The notes: generated by a model from the letters alone, not told the origin. DNA of 64,000 bases from Mobula hypostoma (GCF_963921235.1 NC_086097.1:131690001-131754000), one strand, 5' to 3'. Counted from the stretch's first letter, positions 39,201-52,016 are shown. Program-made: numbers and translations.

Positions 39201-40414
39201 GGGAAGCGAGAAACACTAATTTATAGCAATGCTCGTTTACCCTCAAGGGCTGGCAGTGAGCCAAATTCTTGATATACTGTTGTTCTTTCCTTAAAGGTTC
39301 CCCTTCAACGTTGATGAGGAGGGAGTTCCAGGATTTGGACCTGGGGACGATGAAGGAATGGCACATTATTAAAGATTAAATTTTAGGAAGGGATGTGATA
39401 TTTAAGGGAACCTGGATGGGGTAATACTCCCATCCAGTCTCTATCAATGGCAGATGGGGAAACTGGCTGCAGTTGCAGAAGCCTAGGCAAATAATTGTAG
39501 AGTACTTTTTTAGAAGGCACAAATGTGTAGGTTGGTGGATGAAGAACCAGTCTTGAAGCTTGCATTGTTCAGAATTGTTTTGAACTCCTTGAATAATGTT
39601 TTCATTTATAGAAGAAAAAGCTGGTCTGGAAAGTGTTAAATGAACATAGACAGTAACGAGACAGAGCCTGATTGTAAATCCAGGAGTAGAACAGAATAGT
39701 CTGTTTTCATAATGAGTCATTGGCTTTGCATCATCTGCTGCTCTTAACACACAGCCAGCTCAGAGCAGATATAAAGAGGACTGGGCTACGAAAAGGAAGT
39801 GGTGAGCACAAGGCTGTTCTCAGAATAACGCATATCAAGTACCTTTACTAGTATTACCATGGACTCCACAGCTTGTAAACAGGTTACTGGGCAGGTGCCC
39901 ATGTTTGCAAGGTCTGTAAAAATTCCAGTAAAATATGTCCAAATATTTTCTGAAGTCATATGAGTGCTGGTTGAATTTTAAATGTTGCAACTACCCACCC
40001 CACTTTCATCTTCTCTGCCCACACTGTTAGACACATACAGTTTTGATAGGTATTGCTCAGGTCTGTGGAGTAGCCTGGCACTGCCCTATCCTCCATGATT
40101 TGTGCCTCCTCTGGATTTTGCAAACTTCTCTACAAAGTTGTTATTCACCTGTTTCAATATCTTTTGCATCCTAACTTGCAGCAACTCCAACAATGAAAAA
40201 AATTCACATAGTATATCAAGAGTCAAGTCAAGTCAAGTCATTTTTTATTGTCATTTCGACCATAACTGCTGGTACAGTACACAGTAAAAATGAGACAACA
40301 TTTTTCAGGACCAAGAGTACGACTAGTCAAGCTCTGCACAGGAAATGTTAAAGCAGGTGACCAAAATCTTGAGAGGTTGGGGGGTGGGGTGGGGTAGGTG
40401 GGGTTGTGCAGAAA

Positions 40415-40625
40415 TTAGTATTGCTGCCTCAGAATTCAGCTGACCAGGTTCAATTCTGACTTCTATCATTTTCAATGTGGGGTTTGCACATTCCACCCAT
40501 AACCAGCAAAACTATTGGCGGAATTTCAGTTTCCGAAAGGTGCTGTTCTTTCCTTCCATGTCCCAACAGTGTGTGGACTAGCAGAATAACTTGCCACTGT
40601 GAATTACTCCCCTTGTGTAAGTGAA
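40415..40625 (+). mobile_element. tRNA-derived SINE (V-SINE/HE1-like), decayed
   Basis: TTGCTGCCTCA...CCAGGTTCAATTCTGAC...GGGGTTTGCACATTC; similar to 37980. Confidence 0.65.
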
Positions 40626-40635
40626 GATTATTGTG

Positions 40636-41313
40636 CGTAAGGGGTTTCTTCTTTTATGTTACTGCGCAGTCTAATTGCTACTTTGTTATGTTAACTGCTG
40701 AGAAAGTCCTCCTGCTAGCGGTTTGTTTGATCATATTACTGTTAAGAGAGTGAACAAACCAATTGGGATAGATGTTATTCGTTCTGTGTGTCTGTAAGTT
40801 AGTGTGATGCATGGGTTTTTGTTCAGAAGGCGGGAGAGAGAGACAGAGGATGGACCAGGTGCTGTGAGTCCGCTAACGGGGTAGGACCCTGAGCAGGAGT
40901 CCGAGGTCCAGGGTGTTCGGCAAGGAGAGGAGACGGAGACGGACTCGTGTGGAGCGTCTGGTTGACCACCATTGTTGGTCCCAGGTGGCAGGTCAAGGTC
41001 ATCCGAGGGGTCACAGGGTGAAGAAGGAGGATCCTGAGCTCCAACTGTTTGTGCACAAAGAGATTGAACTTTGATAAGTGTGGCACCTTTTATTTTCCTT
41101 TTATAGTTTATTCTCTATTAATTATATAATTCCAGTAATATCTATAAACTGTAAATCATTTAATCGTATCTGGTGTATTGTCTGTTATTTGGGTGGGGTG
41201 GGGTACCTCACACAGCATCCACACAAACTAATTACCCAGTTTGGCGAGGCCGAGGGCTGTTTCCCTAGATGACAGCAAGCTGAGCGACCCTGAGGCTGGC
41301 CAGGGGGGCTACA
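40636..41313. mobile_element. Solo LTR (probably Gypsy)
   Basis: CGTAA (TGTAA variant)...CTACA termini; 4-bp TSD TGTG at 40632-40635 and 41314-41317; more CpG-rich than flanks; non-coding. Confidence 0.7.
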
Positions 41314-41444
41314 TGTGTTAATTGTATACATCACCCCTATCGTAGCTGGGTGGTGGGAGGATGTGAGGGGACATTGATAGGTATGGCAGAGAGAGTGGAG
41401 TATGGGGAAATCTAGAGGAATGGGATATATTGGAATGCCAAGAC

Positions 41445-41599
41445 AGAGAGAGAGAAAAAGAGGAGAAAAGAGTTGAAGAGAGAGTGAGTGGGAGGAAGAG
41501 AGAGGAAGGAGAGAATGGTAGAAGAGAAGGAGAGGAGAGGGAAAGAGAAGGAAGAGAGAGGGTGAGAGAGAGGGAAGAGGAAACAGATAGAGGGAGAAA

Positions 41600-41643
<44 letters not shown>
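41445..41643. repeat. GA-rich polypurine tract followed by a (TG)n microsatellite (41602-41643)
   Basis: Directly visible. Confidence 0.95.
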
Positions 41644-41644
<1 letters not shown>

Positions 41645-42049
41645 TGGAGAGAGGGAGAAGGTTAGTGTATGTGTTCCAGAGCTGCAAGCTTCAAAGATGG
41701 AACAATTAATTCCGAAGATGAACAATTATTTAGTTTGAAAAAAGTGCAGGTCTCTCAGAGGGTTGGAGGAAGTTACAAATATAGCGAGAGGGATCACTGA
41801 AGAGATTTGAGAAGACAAGGGATTTAAAATTGAGGCATTATTTTATCCCTTAGCCGGTCAGGTAAATAAACATGGGAGTGATGGGTGAAGGAAACACACT
41901 GCATGAAAAATATTGTCAACTATCATATCAACCAGTCCCATCAGGTTGCTAATGTTCCTTGCACCAGCTACAGGTTGCCCTGTCTTGATGTATTCTACCA
42001 AGCTCTGACCCCTTATAGGTATCTGCCACGCTCGTGAACATGTACTTTT

Positions 42050-42305
42050 GCCTTTGCTTGAAAACCAAGAGTTCCACTCACAGATGCTAGCACATAAATC
42101 GAGGCTGATGCTCCTGTGTGTCTGTGAGTGCTGTACTGTTGGGGACATTGCATTTTGGATGAGATGTTAAACCGAGAACTTCGTATTAACTCAGGAGGAC
42201 ATAAGGAGTTGGCAATGATTAGAAGACCAGGAGATTATCCCTTCATTTTCCCTTCACGTAATATCACTAAAACACATAGCTGTGCCACAATTTTCATGCT
42301 GTACA
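42050..42305 (+). mobile_element. Deu-domain SINE remnant
   Basis: GAGTGCTGTACTGTTGG...GGATGAGATGTTAAACCGAG...ATCACTAAAACA matches a recalled Deu consensus. Similar pieces at ~19815-19890 (+) and ~59850-60010 (-). Confidence 0.6.
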
Positions 42306-42529
42306 GTCAAAGAGCTGTATATCAACAAAACAGGCCACTTGGCCCTTCTGTTCATGCTGACCTTTTTGTCCCCCTACACTATGATCATTTGCCCACATTA
42401 GAACTCTATTTTCCTATGTTTGCCTATTTAAATGTTTGTCTAAATTCCTATTAAATATACTACAACCCATGCCCAAAATATAACTGCCTGACTTACAGAC
42501 ACCTCAGCAAATGAATGAGCTCCTATAGG

Positions 42530-43497
42530 TTTGAATTGAATTGATTTTATTTCTTACATCCTTCACATACGCGAGGAGTAAAAATCTTTACGTTACGTCT
42601 CCATCTAAATGTGCAATGTGCAATCATAGTAATTTATAATAATTTATAATAAATAGAACAGTCAATGTAATATGGAGTACACTCAAATCGGTGTGAGTTC
42701 ATCAGTCTGATGGCCTGGTGGACGAAGCTTTCCTGGAACCTGTTGGTCCTGGCTTTTATGCTGCGGTAGCGCTTCCCAGATGGTAGCAGCTGGAATAGAT
42801 TGTGGTTTGGGTGACTCAGTACCCAATGATCCTTCACACTCTTTTCTCACACCTGTCTTTGTAAATGTCCTGAATCATGGGAAATTCACAACTACAGATG
42901 CGCTGGGCTGTCCACACCACTCTCTGCAGAGTCCTGCGATTAAGGGAGGTACAGTTCCCATACCAGGCAGTGATGCAGCCAGTCAGGATGCTCTCAATTG
43001 TGTCTCTGTAGAAAGTTCTCAGGATTTGGGGGCCCATACCAAACTTCCTCAAGCATCTGAAGTGAAAGAGGCGCTGTTGTGCCTTTTTCATCACATAGGT
43101 GGTGTGTACAGACCACATGAGGTCTTCGGTGATATGGATGTCGAGGAACTTGAAGCTGTTTACCCTAGATTCATTGATGTCAATAGGGGTTAGCCCGTCT
43201 CCGTCCCTCCTGTAATTCACAACAAGCTCCTTTGTTTTTGCGACATTGAGGGAAAGGTTGTTTTCTTGACACCACTGTGTCAGAGAGAAGACTTCTTCCC
43301 TGTAGGCCACCTTGTTATTGTTTGAGATGAGGCCAATCAACATAGTGTCATCAGCAAACTTAAGTAGCAGATTGGAACTGTGGGTGGCGATACAGTAATG
43401 GGTATACAGGGAGTAAAGGAGGGGACTCAGTACGCAGCCTTGTGGGACTCCTGTATTGAGAGTCAGAGGGCTGGAGGTGAGGGAGGCCACTCTTACA
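42530..43497 (-). mobile_element. Rex1/Babar-clade LINE, 5'-truncated
   Basis: LNTGVPQGCVLSPLLYSLYT, KFADDT, LNVAKTKEL, IESILTGCITAWYG; (TTCAA)n tail at 42531-42544. Confidence 0.93.
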
Positions 43498-43649
43498 ATT
43501 CATAAAGTCCAATGTACTTAAATACTTTTTATTCCTTTGAATACTAGTTTGCTCTCTCTCACCCCATTTTTGATTATTCTTTTTGTTCTAATTGTTCTTT
43601 CTTATCCATCTTATGTGCTTTTGATGCCACTCAGTACAATAGTGTGGAA

Positions 43650-43760
43650 GAAAGTTACTGTATTGTATGATTTTTGTGTATTTTCCGACTTATGGACAAA
43701 ATCGGCTTACCGACGTCTGTAAAACTGAAGCCTGTTTGTTACACAGGGAGTGGCCTGAAA
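43650..43760. mobile_element. Possible Tc1/mariner (Tigger-like) DNA transposon end
   Basis: CCGACTTATGGACAAAATCGGCTTACCGACG resembles recalled Tigger/MER subterminal motifs; partner end not confirmed. Confidence 0.35.
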
Positions 43761-44024
43761 CTGTATCTGATTTTACCACACTCTCTAGCAAAGCTTTCCT
43801 GGTTGCTAGTTGTGCGAATTTGCTGTGCACCAACCGGCACCCCTACTTTGTGCATTGCACCACTTTCTTTGGCTGTGGGATGTACGGAGGTTATGAAAGG
43901 GGCTGTGTCAAATCTTTTTTTTCATGGCCCAATACTGATACTAGATCTCGCTTAGCTTCTTGACATCAGTGGAGACCGTCATCCTGTCTCTCTCACCTCC
44001 ATCATTCCAGCCACTGCTCTCAGT

Positions 44025-44480
44025 GCAGATTGGATGCCTTCTTTGCTAAGCACATGTTCTCCATCCATCGTGTCTACCTGGAGCTTCCAGTTCCTATCCA
44101 TTTTAATTACCCTCCCCATTCGTACACCCACATGTCTGTCCTCAGTCTCCTCCAGTGTCAGGGTGATGCTCAATGCAAACTAGAGGAACAGCACCTCATA
44201 TTGGGTAGGAAGTCTACAACCCAATGGCAAGAACATTAACTTCTCCAATTTTGGGTAAACTATACCCTTTCAATCCCCATCCCCAATCACCCTGTTTCTT
44301 CCACCTCCTCGAGCCGCTTCACCTGCCCACCACTTACATACTGGGTCCCCCACTCAGACTATTCCCATCTGCTCTCACCACCTCCCTTATTTGATTCCAA
44401 GCTCTTTTTCTATCAGATCCCATCACCTGCAGTCCTTTGCTGCCTCCACCTATCACCTCCCAGCCCAAGTCTCTATTTCC
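44025..44480 (+). mobile_element. Old Penelope GIY-YIG C-terminal fragment plus 3' UTR
   Basis: LPVPIHFNYPPHSYTHMSV...KLEEQHLI, homologous to 2945-3120. Confidence 0.8.
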
Positions 44481-44514
44481 ACTCTTTCCTCCTCCATCTG
44501 CTATGCACCTTCCT

Positions 44515-44675
44515 CATGATGAGGTGCTGTTCCTTTAGTTTGTATTGAGCCTCAGCCTGGCAATGGAGGAGGACCAGGATGGACAAGTCCGTGTGAGAAT
44601 GGGAGGGGATTAAAATGATTGGCAACCAGAAGTTCCAGGTGGCCATGGCAGACAAAGTACAGGTGCTTGATAAAA
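44515..44675 (-). mobile_element. Old Penelope GIY-YIG fragment, opposite orientation
   Basis: PSHSHTDLSILVLLHCQAEAQYKLKEQHLI. Confidence 0.75.
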
Positions 44676-44895
44676 AGGTGAAAGAGAAAGTGTTATGTTC
44701 TTTATTGGGCCCAGGAAGTAGAGTAAGATGACATATGGCCATTGGGCCATGTGAAGAAAGGAGTTTTGATATAGCTCCTTTCCTAATCCCGGTACATCCT
44801 AAAGCACCTTGAACCTGAAGTAGGTGTGAAATAAAGTATAAAAGCAACAAACATTTAGTTAGTTTCAGTGGTTTGTTTTAGTGTGTGAATGTGAT

Positions 44896-45738
44896 TTGGA
44901 TGCATCAGCAAGGGAAATGAGGTTGAGTACAGGGCTACGGTAGGAAACTTTGTCGCATGGTGCGAGCAGAATTATCTGCAGCTTAATGTGAAAAAGACTA
45001 AGGAGCTGGTGGCAGACCTGAGGAGAACTAAGGTACCGGTGACACCTGTTTTCATCCAGGGGGTCAGTGTGGACATGGTGGAGGATTACAAATACCTGGG
45101 GATACAAATTGACAATAAATTGGACGGGTCAAAGAACACTGAGGCTGTCTACAAGAAGGGTCAGAGCCGTCTCTACTTCCAGAGGAGACTGAGGTCCTTT
45201 AACTTCTGCTGGACGACGCTGAGGATGTTCTACGAGTCTGTGGTGGCCAGTGCTATCATGTTTGCTGTTGTGTGCTCGGGCAGCAGGCTGAGGGTAGCAG
45301 ACACCAACAGAATCAACAGACTCATTCGTAAGGCCAGTGATGTTGTGGGGATGGAACTGGACTCTCTCACGGTGGTGTCTGAAAAGAGGATGCTGTCCAA
45401 GTTGCATGCCATCTTGGTCAATGTCTCCCATCCACTACATAATGTACTGGGTGGGCACAGGAGTACATTCAGCTAGAGACTCATTCCTCTGAGATGCAAC
45501 ACAGAGTGTCATAGGAAGTCATTCCTGCCTGTGGCCATCAAACTTTACAACTCCTCCCTTGGAGAGTCAGACACCCTGAGCCGATAGGCTGGTCCTGGAC
45601 TTATTTCATAATTTACTGGCGTAATTTACATATTACTATTTAACTATTTGATGGTTCTAATACTATTTATTATTTATGGTGCAACTGTAACAAAAACCAA
45701 TTTCCCCCAGGATCAATGAAGTATGACTATGACTATGA
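44896..45738 (+). mobile_element. Rex1/Babar-clade LINE (second subfamily), 5'-truncated
   Basis: FVAWCEQNYLQLNVKKTKELV, YKYLGIQID, KKGQSRLYF, FYESVVASAI, SFLPVAIKLYN; (TATGAC)n tail. Confidence 0.92.
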
Positions 45739-45914
45739 TTTTGGTGCATTCAAAAGTTAAGCAGGAATCTTTTACGTCGTTTGATTTGTTTATAGGCTGC
45801 AGGCTGTGTATCAACACTGACAGCTTTCACAACTGATAACTCCTGGGGCAGAACGTATCTGGCTGTTAAAGCTGTTTTGTAGGTGCAGCTGGCTGACTGC
45901 TCGAGACAGAAGCA

Positions 45915-46090
45915 GCAGACAGCCTGCTGGAGGAACACAGCAGGGCAAACAGCATCTGTGAGGGGAATGGAATTACTGATCTTTCAGGACAAAACACTGC
46001 CTCAGAATGTGTGCTGTTCAGTCCCCTGAGTTTCTCCAGCAGATTGTTTGTTGCTGGATTCCAGCACCTGCAATCCCTTGTGTATGCCCT
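45915..46090. repeat. Fold-back pair of Penelope 3'-repeat derivatives
   Basis: CTGCTGGAGGAACACAG...AGCATCTGTG (-) facing CTGAGTTTCTCCAGCAG...GATTCCAGCACCTGCA (+). Confidence 0.65.
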
Positions 46091-46189
46091 GTGTTAAGTC
46101 TTGTATTGAACTCAGCCACACTGGGCAGTCTGCAAGAAGGACCACACTGGAGGAAACAACATGGTCCAGAGGCAGGCAGGTAAACAACC

Positions 46190-47285
46190 TTGAATTGAAT
46201 TTACTTTATTTCTTACATCCTTCACATTCATGAGTAAAAATCTTTACGTCATGACTCCGCCTCAATGTGCAATGAGCAATTTACAGTCATTTGTAATAAA
46301 TAGTATGTAAACTGGACCGTCAATATAGCATAGAAATACAATTGTATAAGCATGAATTAATCAGTCTGATGGCCTGGTGGAAGAACCTGTTGGTCCTAGT
46401 TTTTATCCTGCGGTACCGTTTCCCAGAAGGTAGCAGCTGGAACAGTTTCTGGTTGGGATGACTTGGGTCCCCAATGATCCTTCGGGCCCTTTTTATACAC
46501 CTGTCTCTGTAAACGTCCACAACTCCTTTGTTTTTGTGACATTGAGGGAGAGGTTTTCTTTTGACATCACTGTGTCAGGGTGATGACTTTGTCTCTGTAG
46601 GTTGCCTCATTATTATTTGAGAAAAGGCCAATCAATGTAGTATTGTCAGCAATTTTAATTAGTAGATTGGAGCTTTGGGTAGTGACGTAGTCATGGATAT
46701 ACAGAGGGTAAAGGATGGGGTTTAGGACACAGGCCTGAGGGCCATCTGTGTTGAGGGATTGGGGTGGGGGGCAGAGGTGAGGGAGCCTACATTTACAACC
46801 TGCTGGCAATCTGACAGGAAGTCCAGGATTCAGCTGCACAAGGCAGGGTGAAGACTAAGGTCTCTGAGCTTCTTTTGAGCCTGGAGGGAATTATGGTGTT
46901 GAATGCTGAGCTGTCCAAGAACAGCATTCTCACGTAAGCATCCTTCTTCTCCAGATGTGTAAAGACAGCGTGTAGAGCTGAGGCTATTGCATCATCTGTC
47001 AATCAGTTGCTTCGCTCGGTGAATTGTAGGGGGTCCAGTGTTCGTGGTAGCAAGCTGCAGATGTAGTCTTTGACCAGCCTCTCAAAACATTTACTTATTG
47101 AGGTGAGTGCGACAGGACACCAGTCATTCAGACATGTTACCTTGGTCTTTTTAGGTACAGGAACAATGGTGGATGTTTTGAAGCAGGAGGGCACTCTACA
47201 ATGGGAGAGGGAGAGATTAAAAATGTCTGTAAACACACCTGCCAGTTGATCTATGCATGGCAAGATCCCACCTGCCCTGGGATGC
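46190..47285 (-). mobile_element. Rex1/Babar LINE, same subfamily as 42530-43497, with a ~350-bp internal deletion near 46519
   Basis: [64 protein letters not shown] tail. Confidence 0.92.
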
Positions 47286-48124
47286 TCTCCCCGGAAGCAA
47301 AGACTGTAAGCTGTCTATCTTACAATCATCATTTTTATCATCCCTTTCTTTGTTTAGTTGTATCATTTTCTCCCTCAGTGACTAGACACTACTTTAAAAA
47401 ATGTCTCTTAGGGACTTATTTTTTGCAATCTTGCAAAGTTTACAATGCTTTCTTTTCAAGAGAAACAGTCAGTTAAGCTTTTGCCAAGAGGGCTGTGCAC
47501 TGGCTGCATGTGAGTACTTCTGGAAGTGATCTGAATTGGACTAGTTTGGAGAGTACAGGTTTCCAGCATCAGCAGCTGAGGTGATAAGTGGGTGGCATGC
47601 AGAGTTAAAGGTAGCCGGAACACAGAACACTGGCTTTATGGTGACCACAGCTGGTATTAATGCCAGGGAAGCCAGCCAATTCCTTTGGGCTTTGCCTTAC
47701 AAGCACTTGGCATAAAATCTTTGAACCTTCTCACGATCGTGCTTTAAGTCGAGCCTGACTCTGCTGTTTTGAGACACAGAGCAATTAACAATAAATAAAC
47801 AGTTTTATTGTTCTTGAAGGAAAGCGGGCTCAAATGAACATCCCTGTGTGTGAAGTGTGAAGAAAAGTTTCAGAGTGGTGATTTTTCATTTGAGGAGATG
47901 AAAAACTAATGAGTTGAATGATTAACTCTTTCTTCCTCCACAGACACTATAAGCCCTGCTGAACCTTTCTGTCCATATCCCTTTGTCACTGTTATAATGT
48001 TAAGGACACAGCAACTGATCTATGCATGGCAAGATCCAACCAGCAGCATTAAGACTGGACCTGGGGACAGCTTAAGGACACCCTGGTTATCAGACTCTTG
48101 AATAGACCTTGCATATGCTAAAGA

Positions 48125-48820
48125 TATCCCAAGGGTTGAAAGCTTCCTGTCCTTGGAGTGAATGTCACCAATAACCAGTCCTGGTCTAACCATGTAGATT
48201 CCACAGCCAAGAAAGTGCACCAGCTTCTCTACTTGCTCAGGTGGTTACCTAAATTTGGCATGTACCCTTTGACCAACACAAGTCTTTATAAATGCACCAG
48301 GGAAAGCATCCTATTTGGATGCATGATGGCTTATAATGACAACTGCTTTGCCGATGATTGGAAGAAACTACAACTTGGCACATCGTGACAACCAGCCTCC
48401 CCTTTATGGACTCTGTCTATTTTTCTCACTGCCTTAGAAAAGCAGCCAACAGAAAGGAAGTTCCCACCCGGTCCAGACATTCCCTATTCTCCTCCTCCCA
48501 CCAGGCAGAAGATACATCTTGAAGTCAAGTACCACTAGGCTCAAGGACAGCTTCAATCCTACTGTTATAAGACTTTTTCATGTACAATATGATGGACTTT
48601 TGACATTACAATCTACATCATGATGTCCTTTCACCATATTGTATGCCTGTACTGGACTTTCTCTTTAACTGCAACTCTAAATTCTACATTCTGTTATTGC
48701 TTTTAACTTCCTTTAACCTAGATGACCCATTGTACTTAAATGATCTGTATGTTTGGGATGCAAAACAAAATTTTTAGCTCTATTTCAGTACATGTGACAG
48801 TAATAAATCAAATTACCAAT
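48125..48820 (+). mobile_element. Rex1/Babar-like 3' fragment (old)
   Basis: WSNHVDSTAKKVHQLLYLLRWL..FGM...ESILFGCMMAY. Confidence 0.75.
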
Positions 48821-49629
48821 CTACCTCCTGTCCTTGATAGTAATTTTAAACCTCCTTTGCCCAGATAGCATAGAGCAAAGATAGCAATTCTATATGAAGT
48901 AAATGGGATTTCCTTATATCAGTGCTGATCCCTAACTTACTGACAGCTATTTTTTACTGTACCCTGTCATCAGCAGTAGTAATTGGGCAAGATTAATCTC
49001 GGACACAAAACGAGATGGTTATTGTGGGTGGAAGTCAATCATCTCCAATGCCAGATAATCACTACAGGAGTTAATCCCAATGCAGAAACTAGGTTTCCAT
49101 TTAGTTCAGTGGAGAAGGGCATACCCGAGGTATGGATGATTTAAGTGCTGGTCCAAATTGTAAAGATCAGGGTGTTGGGTCACTGACCTGAGGCTGAGGC
49201 CTGCAAATAATGAGCTTCTGTAACAGCTGTGGAATAATTTTCATGAACTCCAGTTCTGAATGCTATTTGCTTACTTTTGCTGTTTGCATGATTTGTTTTT
49301 TCTCTCTGCACATCAGGAGTTTGATGGCCTTCTATAGTTTGAATAGGTTCTATTGGGTTTCTTTGTTTTGTGGCTGCCTGTAAGGAGATGAATCTCGAGG
49401 TTGAATGGAGATAACATACTTTGATAATAAATGTGCTTTGACCATGACTTTAAGTTTAAGGCAATATATATGTATTTGAATTGCTTGAACTTATTTTAAT
49501 ATTTTAAGTTGTTTTTAAAGTATTTGATTTTTAAAAATGTAATACATGTAAATTATGTCAAAATTAATAATGTGATATGTTCTAATGCTTTTGAATTCTT
49601 TTAAAGGTCAAATTCATTCATTATGTACC

Positions 49630-50680
49630 ATATAAAGCATCCTGTCCAGATGCAACACAGCTGGACATAGAAACTGCTCTGCCCAGGACTGCAAGAAATG
49701 GTAGGGAGTTGTGAACACAGCCTCATCCAGCCTCCCTTCCATTGACTCTGTCTACACTTTCCACCGCCTTGGGAAAACAATCATGGACACTTCCCACCCT
49801 GGCCATTCTCTCTTCTCTCATTGGGCAGAAGATACAAATCTTAGACAGCAAGTACCATCAGATTCAAGAACATTCTGTTGTTATCATACTCTTGAACAAT
49901 CTCTCATATGCTAAGGGATGTAGTGGCCCTTGCACTTTGTTTACCTGCACTGGACTTTGTTACTGTAACTATATTCTGTCACAATGGGGTGCTGGGAACA
50001 GACCCAAATGCCAGACGCAGACACTGAAGTACAAGGAACAGGACTTGACTGGAGTAGGAACATGACAGGATACAGGCAAAGAGCAGGGACAAGAACACAG
50101 ACAGTTCTATCTCTGCTCCGGGGAAGCTCAGAGTCACAGTTACAGCCAGCAACCTCTGCTGGCTACAGAAACAGCCAGATCCTTACCTAACTCAGAGTGG
50201 CTGACAGCCACTCAGTACACCTGGGAAACAGCCAAATCCATTCCACAAAGACAGCTCCAACTACTGACAGCAAGGCTCCATGAAGCAATGGTTCTCCAAC
50301 ACAACCTAGAGATGGCAAGAGGCCACATTAGCCTTCCACCAGCAGGTTGCTCCCAGTGGAACTGACAGGACAAACCAGCCACTCACACTCAACCCCAAGG
50401 TTACTTATATTCCAAGCCCCAAGATGGGAATCAGGTGCCTGTGCTTAACTCAATCAAACGAGGGACAGCTGGAAGACCCAGAGTCCTGAGTCCACAGACC
50501 GGACTGTGAACCGGAATGCGGACTTCATGGACCGGACCATGACATATTCTATATTCTGCATTCTGTTTTTTTTTTATGTGTACTATTTCAATGTACTCCT
50601 GGATGCAATAATCTGACTGGATGTCATGCAAATGAATGCTTTTCACCGTACATTGGTACAGATGACAATAATAAACTAAA
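49630..50680 (+). mobile_element. Rex1/Babar-like 3' fragment interrupted by a solo LTR
   Basis: SLPSIDSVYT...SHPGHSLF; the 3' UTR resumes after 50549. Confidence 0.7.
49977..50544 (-). mobile_element. Solo LTR
   Basis: TGTCA...TGACA termini with perfect 5-bp TSD TATTC (49972-49976 and 50545-50549). Orientation inferred from a minus-strand TATA-like AATATAAG. Confidence 0.88.
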
Positions 50681-51589
50681 CTAAATTAAACCATTGAGAT
50701 TGTGGCTTAGACAACAGTGAAAGGCCTTCCAGCATTTTTATGGGTTAGGCGTATTCTTCACATTCTTTGCAGGCCCTCAGGATCAAGGATAATTTGTCTG
50801 CACTCCTACTTACTCCAGAAAATCTGAGCAGTCTGGTGTGGAACCCATGGAGTCTGTTATCGGTGAGTCAGGAGGTGTCTGAAGGGCTGGATGGGTAGTT
50901 TGTGAAACCAGGACACTCCTTTTACATTTATCTTAGACTTTGATGTGCTATTGATGTAATGACTTGTGGTATTCAAGTCTTCACCAAATTTTTATTCTCT
51001 GCTTTTATCAGCCGCAGGCAAGATTTTCTATCAATCATAGGAAAATTGCACATATTTTAAGGAATACATCCTTGAACTGTTTTTAGGCAATCTCTTGTCA
51101 TGTCAGAGATTGGAGAAGAGCATTTTGGAGCAGGGGATCTGTTGATGGGGCATGGAATGACATACCCTGCTTTTGGAGCAGACTGAATGTAATAAGGATA
51201 TGGGGCTCGGATGCTGGCTTGGGAGAGGTTGCTGCCTTTGTTTGACTTATCCTGCCAGTGCAACTGGAGGATTTGATGAAGACAATGCTTGTAGCATCTC
51301 CTGAGATGTCTTCTGTAGGTGATACGTGTCCCAGAGCTTCTCCATACTGGTTTTTGTTCAAGATGTCCTTGTCACAGCACTGAGTCTTGTCTCAAAGGTT
51401 TGGAGGAAATCCAGAAAAGTTGATACAAATTAAGTCAAGTTAGTCACCTCCACAAAATCCTCCAAAGCCAGGATAGATGAACTAGAGTCAATGTTTCTCT
51501 CAGGCCAACAGCTACAACAGAGAAGTTTTATTAAACTTAACCTGAAATAGCAGTTTGTTCCTGACCACAAATTTGATTAGTATTTGAGG

Positions 51590-52016
51590 AGAGTTTGACT
51601 TCTCTGGGCTTGTACTCAAAGAGCTCAGAAGGACGAGGGAGGATCTCATGGAGATCCTCCAGATACTGAAATGCTTGGATAAAGTGGATATGGAGAGTAT
51701 GGTCCCATTAGCAGGCGAGGCTAGGATTAAAGGGCACAGCCGGAGAATAAAAGGTGGTTCCTTTACAACAAAGATTAGAAAGAATTTCTTCATCCCAGGG
51801 GTGGTGAATCTGTGGAATTTGTTGCTACAGAAGGCCGTGCAGGCCAAGTCATTGGGTGTACTTAAGGCAGTAATGACTTGATTGGTAGGGGTTTAACAGT
51901 TACAGGAAGATGGGTAAATGGGGTTGAAAAAAATCAGCTACATTGAATGGCAGAGCAGACTCAATGAGTCAAACAGACTAATTCTGCTCCTATATCGTAT
52001 GTTCTTATGGTCTTAT
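51590..52016 (+). mobile_element. CR1 3' fragment
   Basis: LDKVDMESMVP...NFFIPGVVNLWNLL; CTTATGGTCTTA tail. Confidence 0.85.

Noticed and set aside
39859..39894. MDSTAC resembling the CIP2A N-terminus as recalled
   Set aside because: Similarity ends after six residues; treated as chance.
41318..41738. Glu/Arg-rich and Ser/Leu-rich ORFs
   Set aside because: Translations of GA and TG simple repeats.
44890..45750. TGATTTGGATGCAT / TGATTTTGGTGCAT as a long TSD
   Set aside because: The left copy overlaps LINE coding sequence (GCIS) and is imperfect; at most 5' microhomology.
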